Part shown: positions 17,140 through 31,628 of the stretch, one piece after another
How the letters are laid out: every line of letters starts with the position of its first letter
Numbering within the stretch: position 1 is the first letter of the stretch
From: the human T2T-CHM13v2.0 reference genome, Homo sapiens
Assembly (NCBI RefSeq): GCF_009914755.1
Contig: NC_060926.1
Length of the DNA stretch: 64,000 nt
Strand: one strand, 5' to 3'
Position numbers and translations under genes: made by a program
The notes under the pieces: generated by a model
Told to the model about the DNA's origin: nothing
The model's database searches: none
The model's input: the letters and a program-made list of their open reading frames with translations, nothing else

Positions 17140-18182
17140 CTGCATTTCATCCCATCTAAGATGCACTTATAAGATCACTTGTAAGACACACCATTATTTT
17201 TTTTTCTACCCCTAAGAAAGAAAAGCACTCAGCCAATTTAACTAACTCAATGACTTAATTAAGCATAATCCTTCGTGACATGTGAATTGGTCACACCAGC
17301 CTCTTGATGAACTGAAATTCCTTTCATCTATTCAGGGGAACTTGGCAGTTTGGTCTACCTTCAGATGCAATGCTTTAGTGTGACAATAAATTATTTTGGT
17401 TATATCTCAGTAATAAAAAAATACAGCTTCATCTATTTGGGGATATCCTCTTTTTTAAAAAGGCTCTATAAAGCCTCCTTAAAAAAAAAAAGGCTCTAAA
17501 AAGCACCTGGTTGTTGCTTTGCAAAATAATATGGAATTCCTCCAATGCTGAATATTTGTTTTACTAACATCCAGTGTATTCCCCTCTATTCTGTCCACAC
17601 CTTTCTGCATTTATAACAACATTGTCTTTAATGCCAAATCACAGTATACTCTCTTCCGAGAACTTTTTTTTTTTTTTTGAGACGGAGTCTCCCTCTATTG
17701 CCAGGCTGGAGTGCAGTGGCATGATCTCGGCTCACTGCAACCTCTGACTCCCAGGTTCAAGCGATTCTCTGGCCTCAGCCTCCCAAGTAGCTGGGACTAC
17801 AGGCGCACGCACCACGCGCAGCTAATTTTTGTATTTTTAGTAGTGACGGGGTTTCACCATGTTGGCCAGGATAGTCTCGATCTCTTGACTCCATAATCCA
17901 CCTGCTTCGGCCTCCCAAAGTGCTGGGAGTACAGGCGTGAGCCACTGTGCCTGGCCTCTGAGGACATTTTAAATGACAACACATGTAGTGCCAAAAGTGG
18001 ATACAACTCAGTTGAAGTGACAACAAATGATCAGCTATGATCAAGTTCACACATGTGCAGGAAATGACAGCCCATCATAACCACTGCCTAACCAACTGCA
18101 ATTGTGAGGTATCATTGGCTATATATCTCAACATCAGAAATATTAAGATATGAAAAAGTGTCTTCAAATCAATGAAACACTA
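17140..18182 (-). mobile_element. Kanga1/MER104-like TcMar-Tc2 DNA transposon with a decayed transposase N-terminus
   Basis: Degenerate TIRs (ctgcatttcat...ctaaga / tctt...aatcaatgaaacac). Minus-strand peptides LDVSKTNIQHWRNSILFCKATT and NFSSSRGWCDQF resemble pogo-type HTH motifs. Confidence 0.7.
17664..17956 (-). mobile_element. AluSc-like inserted in the Kanga element
   Basis: Full-length Alu. Confidence 0.92.
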
Positions 18183-18480
18183 CTAATCCACACCAAAGTA
18201 CACAGTAGCAAAGGGTTGCTAACGGAGATTATAAAATCTCCTTAATTAGAATACCTATGAAATAACAAATATAGATACACCTGCCAGGCAATGCTTGCCA
18301 AACTCTATTCAATGTCCAGGAAAACAAAGTCAGAACATCCAAAAGACATCTCACTTCAAAGTGAGGAGAAAAATCATTTCGCTACATAGCTGGAGAGAAT
18401 ATTTTGTCAAATGCAATCGGAGGACACCTCCAGGCATGAAATATTGTTGTTATTCTTAAAATTAACCAGCAATAGTATAA

Positions 18481-19023
<543 letters not shown>

Positions 19024-19049
19024 TGAACTCTTCGAACTAAAGTCAATAT

Positions 19050-20734
19050 TGTTACAGGATTCCTGGGGTGATGCTTTTCCTTTGTGGCCAGTGGCACCTT
19101 TGCCGGAGTTTTGCTTGGGCCCACTGGACTCGTTCCACCCACTCGGCCTGGCAGGCTGCACTCGGCTCACGCTACCAGCCTGGATCCCATGCCTACCAAG
19201 GGCGAGCCATGTGCAGAGCAGTGAAGCGAGTGTGAAGGAGTGTGGGGTCCGGCCACTATGCACAGCCAGGCATGCCAGCTGCAGTGGGGCAGGCAGCTCC
19301 AGGCACCAGCACGGGCCCTGGCTCTCTGTGAGGTTGCACTGGACCAGGCATACTGCAAGCTGCTTCCACAGCTGGCACCAGCAAACACGGTGGCACCCAG
19401 AAGCTTGGAGATGCCAGGAACCACAGAGCCCCAAGGAGGGTATTACAGCCCCGGCCTGGGGAGCTCCTACATCTGGGCTCCCCAGAGGGGTACAGCTCTT
19501 TTCTCCTTCTTTCTTCTTCTTGTTGCCCACAACATGGCAAGCAAGGGGCATATTTCAGCCCTGTTTACGTTATAGCTCTTTTAGACTTGCCATTTTTTGG
19601 GTCCCGAGTTCCTGTCCCGTACCCAGGAAGATTGAGGTATGTGGAAAAGTGGAGGGTAAGCAAGGCAAAGAGGAACTTTATTGAGCAATAGAACAGTTCG
19701 GAGGAGACTCGCAATGGGTAGCTCCTCTCCACAGCCAGGGTGTCCTGACAAGTGTTCAGCTCTCAGCATAGAGGAGACTCTGGAGTGGGTAGCTTCTCTC
19801 TGCAGCTGATCGTCCTGATGTCTCTTCAGCTCTCAGCAGAGAGAAGACCCTGGCAGGGTAGCTCCTCTCTGCAGCTGGTTGTCCCATCATCTCTTCAGCT
19901 CTTAGCAGACAGGAGACTCTGGGGTGGGTAGCTCCTCTCCACAGCTGGTAATCATTTGTTCGAGTTTGGCTGAGTTTAGGGCTTTTGTGGGTCTTAAAGG
20001 GGAGGAAGCGCATGCTGACAGGTTCATGGGTGGCCATGGGTAGGCTTGGAAAAAGCACCACAAGTTCCCACTCCAGTCCATGGGACTAGCAGCCCGACCC
20101 CCAGGCTTCAGGCCCTCCCTGTCTTGAAGGTGGGGCTTCACCGGGGACCCACGCCCTTCCACCCAGGGGCCTGTCTGCCTCCTACTGCTGTTCATGGCAC
20201 CCAGGTGTTCGTGCCAAGGGGCACCTGCAGGCCAGTGCCAAGCTGCCCTCAGGCCCGTGGCCTTCCTCCCATGCTCATCAGTGCCCAAAGTCCGGGGGTG
20301 CTGAGGTGGCAGGGGGCTGGCATGTCAGTGCTGCCCCGAGCGTGTGCACACCTGGCCAGGCTGCAACAGTGCCCGAGCTCGGCCTCAGCCTCGCTCTGAC
20401 ACTGGAGCAGGTGTTGGGAGCAGGGAGACGCCAGGCAGCGGGAGCAGGGAGATGCCAGGCAGCGGGAGCAGACACCTCCAAGCCTGCAGGGGCAAGGGCA
20501 GCCTTCCCAGGCCCCTGACAGTGCAGAGATGCCTGGTCTGCAGCCATGGCTTGACCGGCTGCAGCTGCGCCCAGGGAAGGCGAAGCTCCCACCCTGTCAA
20601 CTGAGAATAGGGTGGAGCTTCTGCCTGTTCCTGGCTCCCACCAGCTCTATGGAGCATGCAGCCCCAGCCACGCCTCCCCCAGTGCAGCCAGCATCGTGGC
20701 AGTGGCTGTTCTAGATGGGACACAGATGCCATTA
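19050..20734 (-). mobile_element. MER52(A)-like ERV1 solo LTR
   Basis: 1.68 kb GC-rich element with termini tgttaca.../...gccatta, 4-bp TSD ATAT (19046-19049 and 20735-20738), internal gggtagctcctctc repeats, and AATAAA on the minus strand at 19677-19682. Confidence 0.85.
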
Positions 20735-21030
20735 ATATGAAGACCTAATAAATAACAAATAGCATCTCCTTTCTAAGGAGAAATATTGCATTTTCCAAAA
20801 CTCTAAAGTTTGGAAAATTTGGGGAGAAATTTAAATACATTTACTACTTATTTTAAACAACTTTTAAGCGTCGAAAGTCAGTTAGTTTGTAAACTCTGAA
20901 GAATGTTAATATATCTGGGCTACTCACCAAAGTATTAGTCTTGGGGTGCTATAACAATACTCTACTATGTTCAGACAATAATCACAATCACAAATTTGCA
21001 AGGACAATTTTTCTATTATTAAAATTCTTA

Positions 21031-21405
<375 letters not shown>

Positions 21406-22049
21406 TTAACATATGACTAATTTGGTTTCATTTTTGCTTTCGCTTTCCCTCCAGCCTTCATTATTTTGGGGCAAACTCCAGACATACCATCTCTTAAATT
21501 AGCTTTTCCCCAATTTTTTTTAATAATGGACATCCAGGATGCTTCTGGTTTGGGGCTAGTATGAATATAGTTGATAAGAGCACTCCTGAAAAGTCTTAAA
21601 ACCTAGGATTAGGTTTTAATTTAATTGCTAGGTCATGAGGAGGTGTCAGATTAGTTTTATTAAGAAACCACCAGGGCTTCTTGCAGTTTGTAAAGAGTAC
21701 TGGATACTCCAAATATCTTTACCAGTATTCGAAGTCAGTATTTAATTTTAGCTATCCTAATAGATGGGTTCTGCTGAATTAACTTATAAACGCATCTAAT
21801 TTCTCTTGTGTTTTAAAAACAACTAAACTACATAATCCACAGACCTTATTTTGGGTTAGTTTCCCAGGCAAAAAAAAAAATGTGTTTTAAAAAAGAATTA
21901 AAACTATATTAAAATAAACCAATGTGTAATTCTCTTCATATCATTAAAAAAAAGCATTTCTGCTGTAATGTGTTACATTAAGAAAGAAGCTGAAATTTCT
22001 TTACATCAAAATGCTATAATGGAAAGGTGCGCAGAGTACAACACTGTGG

Positions 22050-22620
22050 ACTTAAAAATCATAAGGTATATGAGGAAAACAGAGTTGGAACAACCACTAA
22101 GAATCTACATGGCTTTGTAAATAGAGGACAAACGAAATAATCAGCCAAACTAAATCCCTCCAGGTGCATGCACTGGTATCACTGTCGGATGGTGTCTTTC
22201 AGCCTTCAATCCTGAGCCACTGATTTCCTTCTTCATGAGACGAGCATACAACTTCCAAAATAGATCGGTTTCATCAAAACTAGATATCGGATCCAGGGGA
22301 AAGCTTAATTCTGTCCATCGATCATGTGAGCACAGGAGGCAAAACGTCTTCACAGCCTCTTCACTCAGCTGCAGCTTCATCATCACAGCACTGCAGAAAG
22401 TGAAGCAGCTCATGGGTCCTTGAAACCAGTCACTTCTCTCCCTAAAGGAAGGTACTGCAGGATTTTCAGCTTCTTTCTTAAAATAGTCATACTTTCTCTT
22501 TAATTGTGATCGCTTTTTTGTTCAGCCCAGAACATCAAAATGCTGGGGGAAAGTGCATATGAAAAAACAATGCAATTTCTAATTTGCATCAACATTGTTT
22601 TCTATCTGATGACGTAAGAG
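22050..22620 (-). mobile_element. Tigger/pogo-family transposase fossil
   Basis: Frame 22521 to 22153 reads FKKEAENPAVPSFRERSDWFQG...FPLDPISSFDETDLFWKL...KKEISGSGLKAERHHPTV, colinear with the Tigger motifs FxASxGWF, Y..xQIFNxDETGLFWK and EEKSxPGFKAxKDRLTL. Outer boundaries uncertain. Confidence 0.75.
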
Positions 22621-23964
22621 CTGATTCTCATTAAGGAAACACATACTGAAGCAAAACAAACCATGAGAAAAGCCCATTTTCAAAAAGAAACGCAAAACTC
22701 ATTGAATTTAACTCTTGCAGCATGAAACTTTGTCCAAGCTGTCTCACTTCTTGGTCAATATATCAGTATATTCTATGAGTGATTTCTATTTCCCCTGAGG
22801 GTTTTTTCTTTTTTAACATTTTCATGGACTGAGATAAACTTCTCTTTTCCAAATTTGACATATACAAAAATGCAGATTGATTTTTTTTTACAGGAATATG
22901 AATGAAGCAGGTAAAAAGTAATGATCAGGTTGTGAGTTCAAAGCCCTCACAATTATGTATGTCATAAGGTTAATTTGCAGAATCCTAGATAGCATTCTTA
23001 GAATTAACAACTGCACTTTTAAAAATTTCTTCAACATTTTAAACTGTTATTCCAACACCAGATTCTCATCGGAATACTAACGTTGCAATTAAATTAAAGA
23101 TTAGGTTTATACCCCACATAACTGTCATCCATTTCTCAGTGTTCATCACTGAGAGTTCTTTGTACAAATTCCCTTCCCCATTCCAATACCATTTTGCTTA
23201 AGAGTACCATTCCAGAACTTGATCCATTTTTAGCCTGACCTCCAGGAAGCATCTTGTGTGAAAAGCCATGTATACACCATACACAAGATTACCCCAGAGT
23301 ATTGTGTGGGCCACCATGGAAGGTGATGATACCTCCAAGGCAGCAGCAGGAGCAGCAGTGAGACGGGCTCCAGATAAAAAATGCAGAAGAGCTGTGACTT
23401 CATCATACTCATCTTCACTTACGTCCCTGAAGGGCACGTTAACACCTGAAGGACACTCTTGTACCAGGATTATGTTCAGACAACCTCACATCATTTGAAA
23501 ATGCATATTCGGGGGGGAAAATGTGAACTATGTTTCATTAGAACGAAGCATGGAGATATTTTTAATATGCTAAAAGCTGATGCTGATTGCCATTTATGCT
23601 GAAAGAAAAAATAAATAGTGCATAGAGGCAAATCTGCACAAAACCAGTCAGGCAAAGTGTGCACAAATTTGGGAAGAATATCTCCTCAGATGTTACTAAA
23701 AATAATTCTCCATTATCATGGGTACCACCTTCAGTGCTAAAGCTGAATAACCTCTAAACAAACTAAATACTATTTGAAAGTCTGAATTCAAATAACCATG
23801 AATTCTTAACTTTAAATGTAAAGAAGTATGTAGGTGGGGAGGGGCCATGTGTGCATGTGTTTTTCATTCGTTTTTGAATCAGAGTATCACAGGTCAGGAG
23901 AATCTAGTTTACAACATCCTTTCAGTTCTCAAACTTTTAGATGTGTTCCTTTTATAGTTTACCT

Positions 23965-24700
23965 TTTTATCTTTAAATAATTTTCAGACTTACAAAAAGG
24001 TTCTAAGATTACCAAAAAATTCCCATTTTCCCTTAACCAAGATTCCTCAAATGTTAACACTGCAGAAGGATGCTCCTTTATCCTTAAATAGTTCAATTGT
24101 TTTAAAAAACAGGACATGCTCTTAAATAATTACGTACAAATATCAAAATCAGGAAGTTAACATTCATTGACATAATACTATGATCCAGTCTATAAACTTT
24201 ATTCAGATTTTTCCAATTGTCCCAATAACGTCCGTTATAGCAACAGAAAATCCTGGCTTGTGAGTTCATTCAGCTTTTCATGTCTCTTTAAACTCTTTTA
24301 ACCTAGAACATTTCATCTTTTTTAATCTTTCATATTATTGACACTTTTGAAGTGTAAAGTTCAGTTAGGTTGTAGAAATTCCTTCATTGGAGTTTGTCTG
24401 ATGTTTCCTTGGGATGAGATTCAGGTTATGCTTTCTTGGCAGGAGTTACCGGAGAAGTGATATTGAGTACTTCTCAATGCGTCCTATCAGGAGGCAGGCG
24501 GTATCAGTTTATCCCTTTAGTGGTGATAGGGATTTTGATCACTTGGTAAAGTGATATCTGATCAGTTTCTCCATTGTAAATTTACTATGTTCTTTTTGTA
24601 ATTAATAAATATCTTATGGGGAGATACTTTTAGAATATGTCAATATCCTGTTTCCATTAATTTTTTACCTATTAGTTTTAGCAAAACGTTTTTTAATTCC
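23965..24700 (-). mobile_element. L1MC-like 3' end fragment
   Basis: Motifs aaataattttcagacttaca, tatcaaaatcaggaagttaacatt and gattcaggttatgc typical of L1MC4/5 3' UTR. Confidence 0.65.
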
Positions 24701-25380
24701 TTTACAGAACTTTCTAGGTAAGTTTAACATTAAGCTTCTTTTATCTAATCTCTACGTTAACAAATGGACGCTGCAGCCAGTGTCTATCCTGTGGCTGAGG
24801 CATGGACGCTGGCTGTAGCAACCATTTGTTAGGTGTAGACGGTTCTCTGAAGCATGGTTAAGATCTCAGAAACACACTCATTCCAGCCTCTCTGTCAAGA
24901 CCACCAGAAGGAAATCAAATCCATCTTTTTCTAATATGAAAATGGTAGTGTACCCTTGAGGGATTTTATGCTGGCGAGTGAGAGCTATACAGCGTTCCCT
25001 GTCTCCAGCACTCAGGAAACAATGCAGTATTGTTACAGTTTTATATCAAAATTCCCTCATCTCATGGTTTCAAGAACTCATTTGAAAAAGTAATATATGT
25101 CCTGTAGCAAAAATGTACACACTTGTTCTTAAACATTTTTCTTTAAAATATTTCATTTTTTTCCAAAGACACCACCCCCCCACCCCCAGTTCCCCCGTAA
25201 GAGTTTTCAGGTGAATTTTTACCCCCCGCTTTTATTCATCCACTCCCCACCACCTTTAAAGCTTTTTTCCTCCCCTACTCAAGACCTTACTAGACTGGAA
25301 GCAATCTGGCAAAATCTGTTAGAAGGTGAAGGGAGGGAAGAGCGCTCTTCTAGCCCTAGATTCTATAAAACTGTCCTTAC

Positions 25381-25535
25381 CTGCTGTGGAAAACAGGTGC
25401 GGACTGAGTGCTCTGTGTAACCAAAAGATGGCCCTTCAAAGACAGCTGTTGGGAGCTTCAGAACTTCCTTCAGAAACTGGTCAAACTTGCTAAATATCAT
25501 TAAGCCATTGGAATCTGACATCTGGGAGAAAACAT
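25381..25535 (-). CDS. DTNB: Beta-dystrobrevin coding exon (approx. exon 6, 155 nt, phase 1 to 0)
   Basis: (Y)[51 protein letters not shown]. Acceptor ttgttctcatag|AT; donor CAG|gtaagg. Confidence 0.97.
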
Positions 25536-26424
25536 CTATGAGAACAAAACCAAATAAAGTCAAGCTATAAGGAAATATCAGCTTTTTATAAATGGCTCTA
25601 TGTCATTTGTATACCAAACAAAAAGTATCATTAAAAAAGTATCATAAAATTATTGTGACTTTTAGTTAATATTAAAACTATTCTCATCCTTATTAACACT
25701 GTGTGGCTACCCTGCAGATGAGGCCCCTCTCTTCCACTCACTTAATATTCTACTTAAACATCAAATAACCATTCATGTGTGACTATCCTACTTTTGAGTG
25801 TTTAAAACTAGATGATATATAACTTTTATTTATTTATACCTCACTTTGTTCCAAGAAGAATTTGCAGCAGCATATCTTTATCTCTTAGTATCTCCACATG
25901 TGTTTATATAAGACATATGCATGATTGAGTATATAAATACATTAGCATCTTGGTGATAGGGTATGAAAGAAATTGTATTATACTTGTATATTCTATACTG
26001 ATGATGTAATGCATGCCTGTGAAAGAACACATCTGAAGGAGCCATAGAGCATATTTAAAATATTTATCTAATGAGTTCCAAAGCAGAATAAAAGTAACTC
26101 ATCTAAAGTCTTCTATTCCAAGACACTTTGATACTGTAAGACCCTATTTTTATATTAAGTCAGGTCAAGCAGATGAGAAAGAATCTTCCAGTAATATTAC
26201 TCCAACTTTATCTGCTTGCAGGGAGTTCCTGTCTCCAATCATTCCTCTCTTCTCATCCACAGTTGGGGAGTAAAAGAAAACCAGAAGTCAAAAGAATTTA
26301 ACAAAGAAATGTGACGTAGGCAGTTTTTCAATCTGTTGAACTTCCTTACAAACATTAGTAAGTCAAATATGCACAGAAAAATCATTTCCTGAGGACTTTT
26401 CAAACATAGCATTTTGAAGATTCA

Positions 26425-26655
26425 TCCAGCCTGGGCAACATAGTGAGACCTCATCCCTACAAAAGAAATTTAAAAATTAGCCAGGCATAGTGGTGTGCAC
26501 CTGTACTCCCAGCTACTTGGGAGGCTGGGGTGGGAGGACTGCTTGAGCCCAGGAGGTCAAGACTACAGTGAGCCGTGATGCCATGATCACACCACTGCAC
26601 TCCAGCCTGGGTGACAGAGTGAGACCTTGTCTCCAAAAAAAAAAAGAAAAGAAAA
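26425..26655 (+). mobile_element. Truncated AluJ
   Basis: Partial left arm plus right arm. Confidence 0.88.
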
Positions 26656-27261
26656 TTCATATTCTATATATTCACAGTGAAGAGGTATAGTAGAGATCTA
26701 TACCTATTTAACAGACATATGTAATATACATACATGCATTACTTTTTGGATTCAATTTTGGGGAATTTATACTGAAGCATCAGGTCAAAAAAAATTTCTG
26801 AATACACTAATTAAAGAAAGATAAAATGTTAGGTTATTGATCCACAGGGCAATTTTTAAGGCATTAGAAAAGAAGAAATTACCAAAGGAATGAAAATCTT
26901 CAGTGTGTCCTCTCATGACAGCTGCTAGTTTACAGTTGATGGAAAAGTATTAAATACCCATATGGGGGAAAAAATCCAGCAAGAGACTAAAAGATGACCC
27001 TAGTAGAAAGTAAAATAAATTAATTAACAAATACATATTAAGTTCCTATTATGTGGTCCAAGTGCAAGCGCTCTGTTAGGTGTTTAGAAGCATAACAGAG
27101 AAAGATGACAAATGGTCCTTATCCCCCAAGAAACTTTCAATGTAGCTGGAAAAATAAGATACACATGAAACAGAGAAGAATTTGAGCTGACAACAGAAAA
27201 AACAGAGGCAAAAAGATACATGATAAGCCCCACCATGTGCTAGGCGCCACTTCAGTTAACT

Positions 27262-27770
27262 ATGCTGAGCTGCCAGTAGCCACATTATCCTCTTCTTCCT
27301 TAGTAACAGAACACTAATTTTATTTTGTGCAGTAATGTACCAACTAACAAGTTGCAAGTTCCCAGCAAGTAGCGGTCATGTGACTAACTTCTAGCTAAAA
27401 TGAGCTTGTAAGCAGAAGGGTTGTAGGGGACTTCCAGAAGACTAGGTAAACAAACCTAACTGAGCCAAAAAAGCAGGCCACTTGTTCCTTATTCCCTTCC
27501 TCCTTCTTCTACCTGGAGTGCAGCTATGATAGCTGGAGCTCCAGCTGCCATCTTGCACTATGTGGTAATCTCAATCTTGATATAGAAATCACTCTAGAAT
27601 GGTAGGGGAAAAAAAAGACAAAGTGTGAATCCCAGATGAACATGAAGTTACCATACTGGCCCTGGACTACCCACCTCTGGACTTCTTTTATGTGAGAGAA
27701 AATTAAACCTCAACTTTGTTTACGATACTGTTATTCCGGGTTTTTGCTCTCATGCAACAAACTCTAACAC
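27262..27770 (+). mobile_element. MLT1I/J-like LTR
   Basis: ttcttccttagtaacagaac...catgtgactaacttct...gtttttgctctcatgcaac. Confidence 0.6.
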
Positions 27771-28634
27771 TAAGCATTACTCTACTATTACAGCTTAGAA
27801 AGGTTAACTTGCTTAAGGTCAAAAAGTTCAGAGGCCAAATCAAGTTTAAAACCACACCTATCTGACTCCAAAATAAATACCATTACACCACACTCCTTCA
27901 AAATATAATTTAGAATAGATACAAAAACACATAAGCAGGAATTGTCAAGTTCTAAAATAAAGACATTTGGAAGCTAGGCCTTGAAAGAGAGGATCTGGAA
28001 TGATGGGGTCAAAACAGGTTGAGGATAGGGACTGGGGGGCACTAAAGAAGAGTAGGATAAAAGTCTATGACAGGAGCATGCAGCCTGTATCTCTTACCGG
28101 TGATAAGCAGGAAACAGGGTATTGAAGAAAAAATTCTACAACAGCCAATTTATAGTGAGAAAAAAAGAAAAATAAAGACTGAATAGGAAGAGTATTTCTG
28201 TTATAAAAGAAAACGATGAAAGAGGGAAGCAATCTGGATTTAGCTTAAAAACTTTTAAGTAGAGATCAAATTTTTAGAAAGCTAGGTTTCAAGGCAATTA
28301 GACTGTTAATGACCGGCACACAATGAATAAAAGAAAAAGAATGGAATTGGAGACACCAGCTAGGAAACCTTGTAAACAATGCACAAAGGAGGTTGTGGGG
28401 GAGCCTGGATTACAGCAGTGACAGTGTGTGCGGGGACAGGGGAGGCCAAGTCCAAGGCATTTCAATGCAAGGAACTGCAGTTGATGGCAAACTAGATTAC
28501 GGAATAAAGGAAGTTTAAAAGTTAGGATTATTTTAAGTTTCTAGTTTGGGGAAATGATGACAAATCCTGATTGACATAAGCAAATCAAAGATAAAGATAT
28601 TACACTTAGCTTTGAACATTACTGTTTGAACTAA

Positions 28635-28934
<300 letters not shown>

Positions 28935-29106
28935 AAACTAGCAAATTTTTAAGTGGAACTACCATGCAGACAGTTAGAAACAATATTTGACCACAGTTCT
29001 AGACTGCAGATAGAGAACTTTGAAAATGTTACCAATGATATGAATAAATGATGCTCTTCAAAGGAGGGAAGAACATAAATGATTTAACCTTTAAATAGCT
29101 GGCTGC

Positions 29107-29405
29107 TGGTCAGGCGTGGTGGCTCACACCTGTAATCCCAGAACTTTGGGAGGCCCAGGCAGAGGAGAATCGCTTGAGCCCAGGAGTTCAAGGCCAGCCT
29201 GGGCAAGATAGCAGGACCTTGTCTCTACAAAAAATAAAAAAAATTAGCTAGGCATGGTGGCAGGTGCCTGTACTCCCAGCTACTCAGGAGACTGAAGGGG
29301 GAGGACCGCTTGAGTGCAGAAGTTGGGGGCTGCAGTGAGCTCTGATCATACCACTACACTCCAGCCTGGGTAACAGAGCAAGACCCTATCTCAAAAATAA
29401 ATAAA
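29107..29405 (+). mobile_element. AluJ
   Basis: J-type arms. Confidence 0.9.
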
Positions 29406-29469
29406 TAGCTGCTAGTCTTACAAGGAGGAAAATAATCGTTCATTGAATCTGAATGAAAACAAAGGGTCA

Positions 29470-29905
29470 ACATGGGAGGTGGCAGACACTGCCAGGTGCC
29501 TCAGTATCTTCTTCCCCTTCTCGCTCACTAGCTGAGCCCGACTGCTGGGAATGACTATGTGCCACTTAACGAATGACTTCTCAGCCTCCTTTGCACATTG
29601 CAATGCTGGAGTAGATGTCTGGAAAACCCTTTGCTTTCTTCATAGAGGCAACTCTTTCTTCCTTCTGCCTGGAGTAAGTACAGAGGCCTGGGATATGGCA
29701 AACATCTTTTGATCCTAAGGACGAAGGCCATATGGCAGAAGAAAGACGGGAAGAAGTGAAGTCTGTGAGGACAGCCATAAGTCAGGGTACCAACTTTGAA
29801 CTTCTCAGCGTTTGGACTTATTTTTACATGAGAAAAATAAATCCCAATCTGCTTAAGCCACTCTCAGTCAAGTTTTCTATCGCCACTCTGTGTATTCATA
29901 ACTAA
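29470..29905 (+). mobile_element. MLT1-family LTR
   Basis: 3' motif acatgagaaaaataaatccc...gcttaagccact. Confidence 0.55.
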
Positions 29906-31134
29906 TTAACTAATGAGTAATTAACCTGTGGCCACTAGTGGTGGAAATATTCAGGACCAGTGACTTTAGCTTTCAAGTACATTAATATATATATGTATAG
30001 CTTCACAATCACAAAAATGTGTAGGTATACACCCACACCAACGAATCTATACCTAACTCATTCAGAGTAATAAAAAGGAGTGACTGGATAGTAAAATGAC
30101 TAACCACTCCCACAAAAAAGTATTATTTCAGTTATACTTAGTTACTACGTCATATGAATAGATTCAAAGTAATACAAAATTTTTTATTCATAAGAAACTA
30201 TAACAGGCCTATATTACAATAAGAGAAGTGGAAACATGTCTATTTGCTTTAATGAGACATACTGCTAGACCCCAAAACTGAAGGCACAGTGAAATAATTC
30301 ATTACTTCTTGAGTTATGGGTTTAAAACAATTTTTTTGTGAATAGGCTTTTATCTCTAAGAAAAACAATTTAAAAATGATTGCTAATTCTTAAATCTTAA
30401 ATGAAGTTTAACAATCAACCTAAGTTATTGTGATTTACCTATGTACATATAAAAGGATCTTATCAAAGAAGTGAATAAAATAATAAAATTTAATGAAAAT
30501 ATTTTAAAAATTAAACTAGTACTCTAATTAAATAAAGCCCTAAACCCTCCTGGTATTAAGGGACTAAATTACTTCCCACATCCCCAGTTAATTTCCCAAG
30601 TAATTCTCTTTCTATTTATACACCTCTGAAAGTATGCTAATTCCCTAACAGTTATTTCCAGCTAAAAAGGAAGCTTTCTCCCTTGTGAAAAACCCACAAT
30701 CAAGCCCTTAAATGTACATGTGTATGCAATTTTTAAAATATTCTATAATATCTTTTGTGTAATAAGCAAAAAAATGCTAGTGAGCCACCATCATCACATA
30801 TGTCTTGATTTTTTCCTGGTGATAATGACCCTAGTTTTACTGGCTGGATCTATCCATCTATTTCAACTCCCCTTTCATCCCCACATGACTAGCCACCTAT
30901 TTTTTTTGCAGATGAAAGGGCTGTTTAGACTGAAGAAATGAGTCTATAAACAGAAAGCCATTTTCTTTTACATGTTTGCTTTCCCTGGCAAATGACTCTC
31001 ATCGCCTGTCATCTTTCTACCAGCTCAGCAACCTAACCCACAAAACCATGCACACACATCTGTATGTTGATAAATACCTAAACACAACTAGGCCCGAGTG
31101 CATACTGTAGTTCGAAACTCATTAATATGCCACT

Positions 31135-31628
<494 letters not shown>

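Noticed and set aside
23423-23445. Possible 23-nt microexon (ccttcag|GTGTTAACGTGCCCTTCAGGGAC|gtaagt, minus strand)
   Set aside because: Very short pyrimidine tract with an upstream AG nearby, and frameshifting; cannot be supported without junction reads.
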